Below, piece after piece: positions 47,467 to 57,155 of a stretch of DNA of 64,000 nucleotides. The DNA is from a virus (Duplodnaviria > Caudoviricetes): the IMG/VR virus record IMGVR_UViG_2920551333_000002, positions 35,128 through 99,127 of that record. The stretch is one strand, 5' to 3'. The first letter of the stretch is position 1. Each line of letters opens with the position of its first letter. The notes below the pieces were generated by a model. It searched no databases and was not told where the DNA came from. It saw nothing but the letters and a program-made list of their open reading frames with translations. The position numbers and the translations under genes are program-made.

Positions 47467-47821
47467 TGCCGCGCCGCACCTGACGCCGCTCCCGCCGCGA
47501 CATGTACAGCTGAATCCCGTAGGCGCCGCCGCGGCGGTGCGCGATCCATTCGGCTTCGGCGTAGCCGCCGGGCTCGACGCCCACCGTGCAGACGGTCTGG
47601 ACGAACTCGGTCATGGACATGGGGAACATGCGGGTCTGGTCGTCGAGCCACATGACGTAGCCGGCGGCGCGGCCGCGCGCGAACTGGGCGAGCTGGAGTC
47701 GCGCGGTGAACGGCTCTGGGGAGCGCCACACGATCTCCCCTTCGGGGACCCATGACTGCCGCAGCAGGTTGCCGAACTCGTCGAACGGCACCAACGCCTT
47801 GTCGTCGAGGTCATCGGCCAT
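47459..47821 (-). CDS. Hypothetical protein
   Basis: RBS GGAGG; coupled to neighbours. Confidence 0.65.
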   Translation of the reverse strand: MADDLDDKALVPFDEFGNLLRQSWVPEGEIVWRSPEPFTARLQLAQFARGRAAGYVMWLDDQTRMFPMSMTEFVQTVCTVGVEPGGYAEAEWIAHRRGGAYGIQLYMSRRERRQVRRGNG

Positions 47822-48071
47822 CGGTACCTCCCTCCTTGTTGCTTGCGGCCTGGGCCAGGGCGTGACGAGCGATGGCCGCTCCGCGCAACCCCTTCGGAGG
47901 GACCACCGGGGGCGCGGGCGGGGTGTGGCTCCAGCCGTTGGCGCGGAGCCAGGCGATGACCCCGAACGCGAAGTCGATCGTGCTGGCCCGTTCGCTGGTG
48001 TCGGTGTGGTCTCGGTCGTAAGCGCGGCTGGCGATTTCCCGTATCGCCTTGTCGTCGGCGTCGCTGGTCAC
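47811..48071 (-). CDS. Hypothetical protein
   Basis: GTG overlapping the WhiB stop; RBS AAAGGAG. Confidence 0.6.
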   Translation of the reverse strand: MTSDADDKAIREIASRAYDRDHTDTSERASTIDFAFGVIAWLRANGWSHTPPAPPVVPPKGLRGAAIARHALAQAASNKEGGTDGR

Positions 48072-48358
48072 GACGTTCTCCTTTCTCGTGCTGCTTTGCG
48101 TTGCTGGCTGCGCCGGTAGGACCTGCGTTCGTCTTCGTCGAGGCCTCCGGCGACGCCGTACTGCGCTGCGCTGGCTTGCAGGTGGAAGTCCAGGCATTCG
48201 GTCTGGACGGGGCAGGAGCGGCAGAACTGCTTGGCCCGCTGGATGCGGTTCTCCTTCTGCTTGGGCGTCTCGCGGTCTTCGCCTTCGCCTGGGCCGAAGA
48301 AGAGGCGCACGTCTTCTCCCTTGCAGACGGCGCGGTTCCGCCACCCTGAGCCGGGCAT
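48068..48358 (-). CDS. WhiB-family transcription factor
   Basis: W...AVC...FF...AK.FC..CPV..EC...YGVAGGL.E.ER. Confidence 0.92.
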   Translation of the reverse strand: MPGSGWRNRAVCKGEDVRLFFGPGEGEDRETPKQKENRIQRAKQFCRSCPVQTECLDFHLQASAAQYGVAGGLDEDERRSYRRSQQRKAARERRTS

Positions 48359-48651
48359 CAGCGGCTCCGCTCGGTAAGTCCCATTTCGCGGGCGGCGGCG
48401 CTGTACCTTTCGGCCTGCCGCAGGGACATCCGCGTCTCAGCGGCGACCTGCTGCAGCGTCTTGCCGCGGTTGATCAGGTCTGCGCACTTGATCACCTTGG
48501 CGAGGCTTTTCTGGGTGCGTGGCATCCAGGCCGGCCCGGTCTCGGGTCGGATGACGTGGTATCCGGCGTGGTCGAGGGCGTCGAGGATGCCGTCTGCGGT
48601 GGGGGTGCTCGCCAGGGCGTCTGTGATGACGTCGCTCAGGGTGTCAGCCAT
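48358..48651 (-). CDS. HTH-containing protein
   Basis: GKTLQQVAAETRMSLRQAERY. Confidence 0.65.
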   Translation of the reverse strand: MADTLSDVITDALASTPTADGILDALDHAGYHVIRPETGPAWMPRTQKSLAKVIKCADLINRGKTLQQVAAETRMSLRQAERYSAAAREMGLTERSR

Positions 48652-48672
48652 GGCATTTCTCCAGTTTGACAG

Positions 48673-48696
48673 CCTGATTGCGGTCCCGCTTTGTGT
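48673..48696. promoter_or_regulatory. Dispersed 24-bp inverted-repeat motif copy (degenerate)
   Basis: CCTGATTGCGGTCCCGCTTTGTGT, intergenic. Confidence 0.55.
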
Positions 48697-49626
48697 TCAT
48701 ACCGACTCGCGCAGCTTGCCGAGGTTGAGCTCCGCTCGGTTCAGCAGTCGCTCCAGCGCTTCCCAGGTGGTGCCGAGCCGTGCGGCGAGAAGTTCCCCGT
48801 CGATCTCCTGCGTCTGCGGGTTGATCGGCGGTTCGGTCGCGACGATAAACCGCGCATCTTCCAACAGAGCCTGGCTGTTCCGCATGAGGCGGGCCCCTTC
48901 GAGGGTGCCCTTCTTCTTGAACAGCTTGAGGTGGCTGGTGCACAGTCGGCGCTCGTCCTTCGACCCGTTGACGCACATCGGATAGGAGCAGCGGACCATC
49001 TGCCACGGCTTGACTCTCGGGTCGTCGATTGCGTCTGCCCACGCCTCCGCTGGGTGCCACCCCCGCTCCCGTGCTTGTTTACGAAGCCCGGTGACGGTGC
49101 CCTTCCGCAGGCCAGCGGCGTACGGGTCGGCTCCGATGAGGACGTCGAACGCTTCGCGGATGCGCCGGTTCAGCGCCACGGTCACTCGTGGTTTGGTCCC
49201 GATGCGCAGCGCCTTCAGGCCAGCAAGCTGAGCGTCCGCGACGTCGGCGATCTCCGTGGTCGGCCAGCCCTGCACTGCGAGAGCGCGTAGGCGGCGTGTC
49301 GCTCCGACGGGGTTGATGAGGTAGGCGTCGGGAAGGTCGTCCACTGTGACAGTGAGCAGCGCGTCCGACATGCGTGCGCCGATCCGCGCTGGCGGCGGCA
49401 GTTCCCGCGCAGGGGTGCCCTCGACCAGGTGTTTTACTCCGGTGGCGGCGACTTGCGCAGTGCTCGCGATGGCGGCATAGCTCGCCAGCCATACCGTTCG
49501 TAGCTCTTGGACGTGCTGGCGAGCTGGCAAGGCGTCCACCATTCCGCGCCACGTCCCGAGCTTGATCTTCTGCTTGCGCTCCCGCATGGCGCGACGTCGA
49601 GCGAGAACGACTTCTGAGACCGTCAC
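48697..49626 (-). CDS. Multi-HTH hypothetical phage protein
   Basis: VDA.PAR.HV, GATRRL.AL...GW, GW.P..AW...IDDP. Confidence 0.7.
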   Translation of the reverse strand: MTVSEVVLARRRAMRERKQKIKLGTWRGMVDALPARQHVQELRTVWLASYAAIASTAQVAATGVKHLVEGTPARELPPPARIGARMSDALLTVTVDDLPDAYLINPVGATRRLRALAVQGWPTTEIADVADAQLAGLKALRIGTKPRVTVALNRRIREAFDVLIGADPYAAGLRKGTVTGLRKQARERGWHPAEAWADAIDDPRVKPWQMVRCSYPMCVNGSKDERRLCTSHLKLFKKKGTLEGARLMRNSQALLEDARFIVATEPPINPQTQEIDGELLAARLGTTWEALERLLNRAELNLGKLRESV

Positions 49627-50183
49627 TGGCGCACCTCCGGCCAAGTCAGCTTGTCCAGCGCCGCCCGGTGCGCCTTCGGCATGTCTGCGAGGGGCTGCCC
49701 GAGGTGGTCGGCTCCCATCGCGGCGAGCACCGCGGCGTCGGCCATGTCGTGCTTGCCGCCGGTGTGGAACATCGGTAGGCGGCGGGCGACCGAATCGACG
49801 ATCTCGTTCTTCTCGCCGCTGCCCTTGCCGAGCGCGTACGTCTTCAACGTGCTCTGCGGCACTTCGACGACGGGCACTCCGGCGTCGGCGATGATGCCCA
49901 TCGTCCGGTAGTAGAGGTAGGAGCGTTCACCGGCGCCGCCGCGGCCGCCGTCCTTCCGGTTGAAGACCAGCTTCTCAACCAGGACGAGGTGGGCCTTCTC
50001 GGCGTTGGTGAGCACGATGATGCGGCTGGCCAGCTCGTTGAGCGTCCGGTACTTCGCGTGCAGGGGCATGTTGGTGATGCCGTCTCGGCCGACTTTCTCG
50101 CACCAGCCGAGGCCGGTGGCCATGCCGGTGCTGGTGAGGGAGAGGTCGAGGCCGACGACGTGGAAGGGGATCATGTTTTCCAT
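49623..50183 (-). CDS. RuvC-like Holliday junction resolvase
   Basis: VVGLDLSLTSTG, VLVE, P.TLK.YA.GKG, D.ADA. Confidence 0.85.
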   Translation of the reverse strand: MENMIPFHVVGLDLSLTSTGMATGLGWCEKVGRDGITNMPLHAKYRTLNELASRIIVLTNAEKAHLVLVEKLVFNRKDGGRGGAGERSYLYYRTMGIIADAGVPVVEVPQSTLKTYALGKGSGEKNEIVDSVARRLPMFHTGGKHDMADAAVLAAMGADHLGQPLADMPKAHRAALDKLTWPEVRQ

Positions 50184-50413
50184 TCCTTCGGGCGTTTGAG
50201 GACCTTGTGCAGGCCGTGGTCGAGGAAGAAGTCAGACCACAGGGCGGGGTCCGTGGCGACCTGCTCGGCCGGCCGGGCGGCCCTGTGGTGGCGGTGTCTG
50301 CGGAGCCGTCGCCGTTCGGCTCGGAGCGCGAGCAGGGAGAGGAGGAGCAGCCCGGCGGTGAGCAGCACGGAGAGCGCGCCGATCACCGCCAGGATGTTCT
50401 TCACCACGGTCAC
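50171..50413 (-). CDS. Small membrane protein
   Basis: N-terminal TM; GTGA coupling. Confidence 0.55.
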   Translation of the reverse strand: MTVVKNILAVIGALSVLLTAGLLLLSLLALRAERRRLRRHRHHRAARPAEQVATDPALWSDFFLDHGLHKVLKRPKEWKT

Positions 50414-50790
50414 ACCGTGCCGTCCACCTGGATGGCGTCGAGCTTGTGGCGCAGCGAGGTCTTCTCGGCTGCGGTGGTGAGCAGATCGCGTTCGGCCGAC
50501 TCGGCACGCTGCACCTGGGCGTTCAGCTCCTGGTTCAGCTTGTACGCCAGCTCGGACGCGGCTTCGTACTGGGAGCGGAGCACGGTCATCTCGTCGGCGA
50601 GGTCGCGTCGCATCAGTTCGGCGCCGACGATCAGGCCGAGCATGATGCCGACGAACAGGCAGACTCCGGCGATGACGAGCGCCCACATCCCGCCGAAGAT
50701 GACGAGGCCGCCGAAGAACGCGATGGCCGCGCCGAAGACGATGGCCTTGTGGTACGGCTGGGTCTTGGCTGCGAGTTCGTCGAACGTCAC
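50410..50790 (-). CDS. Two-TM coiled-coil protein
   Basis: Hydrophobic hairpin then coiled coil; GTGA coupling. Confidence 0.6.
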   Translation of the reverse strand: MTFDELAAKTQPYHKAIVFGAAIAFFGGLVIFGGMWALVIAGVCLFVGIMLGLIVGAELMRRDLADEMTVLRSQYEAASELAYKLNQELNAQVQRAESAERDLLTTAAEKTSLRHKLDAIQVDGTV

Positions 50791-51140
50791 TTCGTGACCT
50801 CGCTCTCGATGGCCAGGATGTTCGGGTAGGACGAGGTGACTTCGACGCGCCATCCGTTGACCTTGAGCCGGTAGGTTTGGCCGACCTTGAGTGCGCCGTA
50901 GATGTCGGAGCTGTTGAACTTCAAGCTCAGCCAGGCGTCGGTGTTCTCGTAGACGCCGCGGTCGGTGAAGATCAGGTAGCGGCACTCGCTGCTGCTTTCG
51001 CAGACGCGTTCCTTCGATTCGACGGTGGCGGTCTCGATGCGGTTGGTGCTGGTCTTGGCCGCCGCGATGCCGATGATGACCAGGAGCGTGATCGCGAAGA
51101 AGGCGAGCCCGCCGATGACCTCGACGTCGTTGCGTCTCAT
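50787..51140 (-). CDS. Secreted/membrane OB-fold-like protein
   Basis: TM then TV..KERVC...YLIFTD.GVYENTD...KFNSSD...GWR...YPNI. Confidence 0.7.
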   Translation of the reverse strand: MRRNDVEVIGGLAFFAITLLVIIGIAAAKTSTNRIETATVESKERVCESSSECRYLIFTDRGVYENTDAWLSLKFNSSDIYGALKVGQTYRLKVNGWRVEVTSSYPNILAIESEVTK

Positions 51141-51520
51141 CGCGCACCACCTTGCAGGGCGGCGTCGATGCGCGCCTGCTGGTCGACGGAGACGTGGGGG
51201 CGGGTCATCTCGGCGATGAGCCTCGTAGCGGGCCGACCCGCGAACTGCTCCCCCTCGATCGGCTTGTCCGCCCGGAGCTTGGTCAAGGTGGAGGGCGGGA
51301 TCTCGACGCCGTGCTCGCGGAGCGCGGTGACGAGGCTTTCGACGTCGGGCAGCGCGCATGGGGTGTATCCGATCCAGAAGACCTCGACGTCGTCCTCGGC
51401 GCCGGGGGCGGGAGGGTCGAACGCCGTGGCCCAGTAGGTGTTGAGGGGTGCGTCCCAGCCGACCGTGGTCACCCGCTCGTCGGGCGAGCCGGGGGCGTTG
51501 GGAATGGTGTAGCGGCTCAT
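51137..51520 (-). CDS. Hypothetical protein
   Basis: MSRY...VGWD.PL.TYWA. Confidence 0.7.
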   Translation of the reverse strand: MSRYTIPNAPGSPDERVTTVGWDAPLNTYWATAFDPPAPGAEDDVEVFWIGYTPCALPDVESLVTALREHGVEIPPSTLTKLRADKPIEGEQFAGRPATRLIAEMTRPHVSVDQQARIDAALQGGAR

Positions 51521-51771
51521 GATCTTCCTTGGGGGTCGTTGTCGGCGTGGGCCTGGAGGACCGCGACGCCGTCAGGGGTGTACTTGGCCAGCTCGTACGC
51601 GGCGGCGTAGTCGGGGAACGCAGCGGCGAGCTGGACGCGCTCGTGCGCGATGGCGGCGTCGAACGTGGCGAGGAGCCTCTGCACGAACGGGCTGCCGGGC
51701 CTGCCGCCGCGGCCGAGGTGGAAGAGGACGTGGGCGGCGATCGTCGGGGTGATGTGCGGGTCGCGGTGCAT
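51517..51771 (-). CDS. Hypothetical protein
   Basis: A.HVL.H.G..G..G..F...L...AFP.Y. Confidence 0.65.
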   Translation of the reverse strand: MHRDPHITPTIAAHVLFHLGRGGRPGSPFVQRLLATFDAAIAHERVQLAAAFPDYAAAYELAKYTPDGVAVLQAHADNDPQGRS

Positions 51772-51809
51772 GCGAACTCCCTGGGCGGTGGTGACGATCG
51801 GAGGCCGGG

Positions 51810-52064
51810 TCAGGTGGTGGCGTTCTCTCGGGCGTACTGCTCGTTGTCGAGCTTCTGCAGCGCTGCGACGATGTCGCCACGCCAGCCCACGACGGAGGCG
51901 GACAGCTTGTCGGCAATGTGCAGGGCCTCCAGCAGGCGGGCCCTGTCGGTGAGCGCGACGGGGTATCGGCGGTTGCCGATCGCAAGGACGGTCTCCTGGT
52001 CGGTCAGCCGGTGCTCGATCGTGGCACCGGTGACGTCGTCGTACTCGACGGTGATGGTCTTCAC
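51810..52064 (-). CDS. Hypothetical protein (weak Lsr2 N-terminal-like pattern)
   Basis: RBS AAGGAG; DDVTG...ETV.L....Y.V.L. Confidence 0.55.
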   Translation of the reverse strand: MKTITVEYDDVTGATIEHRLTDQETVLAIGNRRYPVALTDRARLLEALHIADKLSASVVGWRGDIVAALQKLDNEQYARENATT

Positions 52065-52122
52065 GGACTCTCCTTGAGGGGCGGGCCGGCGCCCGCGGGG
52101 CTGCGGGCGCCGGGCCGGGGGG

Positions 52123-52545
52123 CTAGTTGAGGTGGTCGGGGGACAGGGGGGCGTAGGGGTCTTCGACTTCCTCGCCGTGCCAGGCGGTGGAGAGTCGGAC
52201 GAGGACGACCCATGCGGCGTCGTGGACTGTGCGCGCGAGCGGTGCGCCGAGGCGGGCGTTCTCGGACAGGTCCTGATGGACGTCGCGGATCCGCTCCAGG
52301 CGCTCTTGGAGCTCGGCGAGCTGGTGGCGGGCCTGCTCGCGCTCCTCGCGGACGGTGGGCTCGAACGGCACGTACTCGGCGAGCAGCCCGAACGCCCTGC
52401 AGGTCAGGCAAGCGATGCTGCCGCAGACGCCCGCGTGCTGCGCGATCTCCGCAAGGAGGGCGGCGCGGTGCTCGCGCTCGCGCTTGGTGCGGGCGAGCCG
52501 GTCGGCGCGGACTGCTGCGCGCTGGTCGTTGGTCAGACGCATCAC
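52123..52545 (-). CDS. Hypothetical coiled-coil protein
   Basis: Coupled to the upstream gene; CGSIACLTC. Confidence 0.55.
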   Translation of the reverse strand: MMRLTNDQRAAVRADRLARTKREREHRAALLAEIAQHAGVCGSIACLTCRAFGLLAEYVPFEPTVREEREQARHQLAELQERLERIRDVHQDLSENARLGAPLARTVHDAAWVVLVRLSTAWHGEEVEDPYAPLSPDHLN

Positions 52546-54245
52546 TGGCTACCGCCGGGGGTGACCTCGCCCTGGTTGAGCTTCTGCAGGAACGCGGCGT
52601 AGTCGGCGTTGGACGCCTCACCGGCCGGCTTGCGGATGTCGGCCTCGAACGCGACCGACAACTGCTGGTTGGTGCCGCCGAGGTCGCCCCAGACGTTGGA
52701 GATGCGCTGTTGCAGGTCCTTGCGGTAGGCGGCGGCCTGCTGCATGAGCAGCTTGACACCGGTGTCCACCCGCTCGGCGCTGAGGTCCTTCGTCGAGGTC
52801 ACCTCGACGCCCAGATGCTCGACGATCCAGGCGAACCGCGCATCGTCGTTCTTCGCGGCCGATCCCTTGCCTGTGTGGATGGTCACTCCGGCATCTCCGA
52901 ACCACACGCCGAGGTCGCGCAGCGCCTTGGCGGTCGGCTTCGGCTGCTCCTCGTCCTCGACGACCTCCCCGTCCACGATGTCGCCGTCGTCGGCCGCCGC
53001 GCTGTGCTGCTGGCGTGCGGCCTCAAGGAGCGCTTCCGCCCGCTCGGACGCCTTGCGGGGTTCGTCCGCGATCGGGCCTGCGGCGGGCTGGCCGAGCTGG
53101 TCGGCGAACTCGCCAAGCTGCTGCAGGGTGGCGGCCTTCATCGTGGTGCCGGTGCGGTCACGGAACGCGGTGTGGAGCTGGCTCGTCGTGCCTGCCCACG
53201 CGGTCATGATGTGCTGGCGGACCCGATCAGCCTCGGGGTCGCTCGCCGCTGGCGGCGTGTCCGACTCTTGCGAGTGCGGAGGCTCCCCTCCGTGCGGCGC
53301 CTTGGGTGTCTCCGCTTGCGGAGCCTCCGGGGCGGCCTGTCCCTGCGTCGCGTTCTTGTCCTGCTGCGGAGGGAAGGTGGCGACACGGGCCTTGGCCGCG
53401 GCCTCCACTTCCTCCCCTCGGCCTTGCCAGGCAGGGTCGAGCTTGGACGTCCTCCAGATGGCCACGACCGCATCTCGGTCCGTGGCCGCTTCGATCATCG
53501 CGAGGTAGTCGGTCGCAGACCCGGCCTCGATCGCTCGCTGACTCTCACCAGCGCGGGCCAGCTCGGCGCGGCGTCGTGCCTCGCCCGACATCAGCTCGTC
53601 GAACCCGATGCCCTCGATCGTCAGGCCGGGCACCATGTACGTCGTCGGCTTCGGCTGCTTGGTCTTCGGGTCGATAATCGTGCCGTTGCGCTTGGCCAGG
53701 TACAGCCAGGCGTCCACGTACGTTCCCGCGTGGGCCAGGAACTCGGCGGCGTTCGGGAGTTCCGCCGCGGCGTTCTCGCCCTTGCTGTCGAGTCGCCATA
53801 GGCCGAGGCTGGGCACCTTCTTGAGGAAGACGCCGAGTCGCGTGGTGGGCTTGCAGAGGCGGCTCTTGATGTCGCGGTCAGCGCCGCACAGGCACGGGCC
53901 GACGAACGGGGGCTGCATCGTGACGCCTGTGCAGCGGCGGATGCAGACCTTGGCCTCCCATGCCTCCATGTTCTGCGACAACCCGTTGGGCGGGACGATG
54001 ACGGGGATGCGGGTCGCGGTGGTGATGACCTCGAACTGCGGGCCCTCGGGCGACTGCCACGGCTTTGCCTGGCCGCCGTACAGCTCGGCGACACCCCGGA
54101 TCATCTCCTCGGACGGCGAGGTGAACCGGAACGTCTCGATCTTGCTGGGGTACTCCTTGCCGTTCTGGCTGGTCTTCTTGATGCCGAGGCGGATCCGGCC
54201 GTCCTGCCAGTGGCGGCGCTGCAGTACGGAGGGGTCGATGGGCAT
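52542..54245 (-). CDS. Gp3-like (recombination directionality factor-like) protein with C-terminal extension
   Basis: GRIRLG, TFRFTS, LYGG...W, RRC.G...PC.C...CKPTTRL.V.L...G.WRL.S.G.NAA.EL; adjacent to an exonuclease. Confidence 0.75.
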   Translation of the reverse strand: MPIDPSVLQRRHWQDGRIRLGIKKTSQNGKEYPSKIETFRFTSPSEEMIRGVAELYGGQAKPWQSPEGPQFEVITTATRIPVIVPPNGLSQNMEAWEAKVCIRRCTGVTMQPPFVGPCLCGADRDIKSRLCKPTTRLGVFLKKVPSLGLWRLDSKGENAAAELPNAAEFLAHAGTYVDAWLYLAKRNGTIIDPKTKQPKPTTYMVPGLTIEGIGFDELMSGEARRRAELARAGESQRAIEAGSATDYLAMIEAATDRDAVVAIWRTSKLDPAWQGRGEEVEAAAKARVATFPPQQDKNATQGQAAPEAPQAETPKAPHGGEPPHSQESDTPPAASDPEADRVRQHIMTAWAGTTSQLHTAFRDRTGTTMKAATLQQLGEFADQLGQPAAGPIADEPRKASERAEALLEAARQQHSAAADDGDIVDGEVVEDEEQPKPTAKALRDLGVWFGDAGVTIHTGKGSAAKNDDARFAWIVEHLGVEVTSTKDLSAERVDTGVKLLMQQAAAYRKDLQQRISNVWGDLGGTNQQLSVAFEADIRKPAGEASNADYAAFLQKLNQGEVTPGGSQ

Positions 54246-55222
54246 CAGGCAGCGTCCTTCCGGGTGGTGGTCTTGCTCGGGGGCTGGATGGGCTTGAAGC
54301 CGCGCATTTCGAGTCCGTGGACGTAGTGCGCGAGCGGGAGCAGCCCGCAGAACGCGTCAAACGCGTCCTGGTCGGCCGGGAGCGGCACGAACCCGTAGCC
54401 GTTGGTGCGGAGGTTGAGGATCGCCGTCCCGACGAACTCCGGGATGGCGAATTCGTGGCTGGCGTCGTGGTCGTCGGTTTCGCCGTACCTGCACGACGGC
54501 GGGCACACCAGGGCGACCTCCGCGTTCCGCAGCGCGGCGAGCTGCAGAAGGTAGTCGTCGTAGACGGCGCTGGCTGGCTTGGTCAGCGAGGTCTTCATGT
54601 CGATGAGCCACAGCCCGGACGGAGTCGGGATCGGGTCCGCCGGAACCGCACGCGGTTTGAACCTCGGCATGATCGGCGACGTCGGGCCGGGGAACCGCAG
54701 GTTGGCCCAGATGTCGCTCGTGCCCCCGTAGGGGATCGTGCGGTTCAGGACGGTGCACTCAGCCGCCACGATGTCGCGGCGCAGGTCCACTCCGAAGTCG
54801 GCGAGGAACTGCCGGTAGGACTCGACGAACGGTTCTGCTTCCTCGTCGGGGATGTACGCCTTGCCGAGGTTGATCGCTTCGCCGATGGCGTGGACGCGGG
54901 AGCCGAGGTCGGCCTTCTTGTCCCACTGGACCCGGTACTGCTTCTTAGCTTCCTTGATGAACGCCTCGACGTCGTCCGGGTCCATGGCCGCGCGGTTCGC
55001 CGCAGGCAGGTTGTCCATCAGCCAGATCGCGGTGTCCCTCGCGGCGGCCGGGGCCAGGGCCTCGATCATGTGCTGGTCGATGGCGTTGGTGACGGAGATT
55101 TTCATCCGGTTCGGGTCGTCCGGGCCAAGCATGGGGTCGCAGTAGTAGCGGCCCGCGCTGGTGGGGACGGCGTGGCTCGGGTCGTACTCGTCGCGCTCGT
55201 CCTCGTGGATGACGATGCTCAC
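54245..55222 (-). CDS. PD-(D/E)XK exonuclease (RecE/Cas4-like)
   Basis: SVT, G..VH, E......YGGT.D, LIDMKT, QLAA. Confidence 0.8.
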   Translation of the reverse strand: MSIVIHEDERDEYDPSHAVPTSAGRYYCDPMLGPDDPNRMKISVTNAIDQHMIEALAPAAARDTAIWLMDNLPAANRAAMDPDDVEAFIKEAKKQYRVQWDKKADLGSRVHAIGEAINLGKAYIPDEEAEPFVESYRQFLADFGVDLRRDIVAAECTVLNRTIPYGGTSDIWANLRFPGPTSPIMPRFKPRAVPADPIPTPSGLWLIDMKTSLTKPASAVYDDYLLQLAALRNAEVALVCPPSCRYGETDDHDASHEFAIPEFVGTAILNLRTNGYGFVPLPADQDAFDAFCGLLPLAHYVHGLEMRGFKPIQPPSKTTTRKDAA

Positions 55223-55416
55223 GCGTCACCGCCGAGGTGCCCGTCATAGTCGGCCTGTCCGAACCAGCCGAAGCGGTATTCGTCCTCGATCATCGGGTCG
55301 AGCGCGGGGCCTCCGCGGTGGCTCGGCCGGCTCGGCTGCTGCTCGTCGTCCTTGAGGGCGCCGAGGTAGTCGAGCAGTTCAGGGTTGGTGGGGGGCGTGA
55401 TGGTCGGTGGGGTCAC
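55219..55416 (-). CDS. Small hypothetical protein
   Basis: GTGA coupling on both sides. Confidence 0.55.
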   Translation of the reverse strand: MTPPTITPPTNPELLDYLGALKDDEQQPSRPSHRGGPALDPMIEDEYRFGWFGQADYDGHLGGDA

Positions 55417-55619
55417 TGGGGGTCCTCTTCGTACTCGGCGGCCAGGAGCTTGCGGCCGGTCTCCTCGATGAGCTGGGCGGCGGTCTCGTAGTCGCCGAGG
55501 ACGTCGGCGAGCAGACGAGTGAGCTCGGACCGGACGTCCCAGCTCCAGTGCTTGGCGGCTCGTGTGGCGATGAGCTGCGCCAGGTCGTCGGTTGACGCCG
55601 CTTGTGTGGTGTTGGTCAT
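55413..55619 (-). CDS. Small hypothetical protein
   Basis: Early operon; coupled to the next gene. Confidence 0.6.
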   Translation of the reverse strand: MTNTTQAASTDDLAQLIATRAAKHWSWDVRSELTRLLADVLGDYETAAQLIEETGRKLLAAEYEEDPQ

Positions 55620-55643
55620 GCTGATTGCGGCTTCGCTTTTAGC
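55620..55643. promoter_or_regulatory. Dispersed 24-bp inverted-repeat motif copy
   Basis: GCTGATTGCGGCTTCGCTTTTAGC, spanning the stop-to-start gap between the first two early genes. Confidence 0.65.
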
Positions 55644-55941
55644 TGTGTGGGACGTACTGGACGTAGACCAGGACGGCCTTGGTTCCGTCGTCTCTGGCGA
55701 CGGTGCGGGTGGTGACCTGGAACGTCCCGGTGGGGTCGTGGCGGAAGCCGCGGTAGCCCTTCTTGACGCCGTTGAACAGGCGGTTGGCGTTGCGCCTGCC
55801 TTCGACGGTGTCGGGGTTTTCTGCGATCACCGCCCACTTGTGGGGGTTGGCGCGGAGCGCGGCGGCTACTTGGGCGTACTCGTCGGTGGTGCGGGTTTCT
55901 ACGCGGGCTGGGTCTTCCCAGCGGAGGATGCCGGTGGGCAT
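55639..55941 (-). CDS. First early gene, probable DNA-binding protein
   Basis: LRWEDP...VA.ALRANP.KWA...VYVQYV; divergent from the repressor. Confidence 0.7.
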   Translation of the reverse strand: MPTGILRWEDPARVETRTTDEYAQVAAALRANPHKWAVIAENPDTVEGRRNANRLFNGVKKGYRGFRHDPTGTFQVTTRTVARDDGTKAVLVYVQYVPHS

Positions 55942-56040
55942 GGCGATATGACGCTCCGTGGCGTTGGGGGTTTGGTTTGCCGGGCGTTTCGTCGGTGCGC
56001 TCCGTTTTGGTCGCGCACGATCGAACCGACATAACCGACA

Positions 56041-56195
56041 CTATCGCGTCTTGACGCGTCTTGCAACGCGTGACGCGTCAAGCGCGTCACGCATACTACC
56101 TTGGAATTGTTACGGAGAGTAGTTGACTGTTTGGGGATGTATCGGACGCGCTCGCGCGTCAGTTGATACCGTTGCGCCCAACCCGTATGACGCAT
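56041..56195. promoter_or_regulatory. Immunity/divergent promoter region with GACGCG(TC) repeats
   Basis: TTGACGCGTC at 56051 and palindrome TGACGCGTCA at 56071; TTGAC elements; lies between divergent genes. Confidence 0.6.
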
Positions 56196-56224
56196 CAGAC
56201 GCCACGAAAGGACATGGACGCGCC

Positions 56225-56752
56225 GTGGCTGACATCAGCACCCCATCAGAAGTGGTTCAGTTCATAGTTGAACGACGAGAACACCCAGGCGGTCTGCGAC
56301 GACGCATCTCCACCCGAGCCGCCGCCAAACGCGCCTCCGAGCTCGCCGGCGGCGAGCAAATCTCCGAACCCACCTGGCGACGCATCGAGGCCGGCGGCAG
56401 AGAGCCGGAGGATCGAGAGATCGTCCTGATGGCGGTTGCGATCAACGATCTGGCAAACGAAGTCATCATCACCCCCGATGACTTCGACCAACGAGACCGG
56501 CCCGCGGCAGCCGAACTATTCCGCAAATGGATCCGCGAGCGGAGCCGGACCGATCCAGCCCTTGCAGCTTTCGACCCTGACCTCACGCCCGAGGTCCTGC
56601 AACAGAATCTCCAGATGATGCTCAGCGAGATACGTGCACTGAAGCGTGTCTCACCCGAGCAGAAGGCCAAGATGGAGAAGGCCCTGCTGCAGAACCTCGG
56701 ATCAACGTTGGACGCATATCGAACCCAACTGCACATCATGCAGCCCGAGTAG
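56225..56752 (+). CDS. Probable immunity repressor (XRE HTH)
   Basis: S.RAAAKRA......ISEPTWRRIEAG; divergent from the early operon. Confidence 0.75.
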   Translation: MADISTPSEVVQFIVERREHPGGLRRRISTRAAAKRASELAGGEQISEPTWRRIEAGGREPEDREIVLMAVAINDLANEVIITPDDFDQRDRPAAAELFRKWIRERSRTDPALAAFDPDLTPEVLQQNLQMMLSEIRALKRVSPEQKAKMEKALLQNLGSTLDAYRTQLHIMQPE

Positions 56753-57155
56753 ATCAGTTCATCCAACAGCGCGACGCGCAGGCGTCGCGTCAGCACGGGA
56801 CGCCGCAGAGTGAGTCGCATCTCGCTGGCGTCGCGACCTCCGCACGGTACTCAGAGGTGTCATCGCCATGCGTCACGTCACCAAGGAGCCAGAGCAGCGG
56901 CCTGCCTACGAGCCCATCTACCGTTGCGGGCCGCTGATCGTCAGGTTGACCGACAACGCCCCTCCACTACGTACGACGCGACATCACATGCGATGGTTTA
57001 CACGATCCTGAACCTTTTGCGGGTCGACCCGCTCGCGACCGTCAACAGGGTAAGCGCCCGATCAGGCCGCGAGCAGGTGCCAGTCGAGCCGTCTCGCCCA
57101 GGGCCGAGGCCTGCCGAGCCGTTGCGACTGGTCCGTCTTCCACCTCGACAACGTC

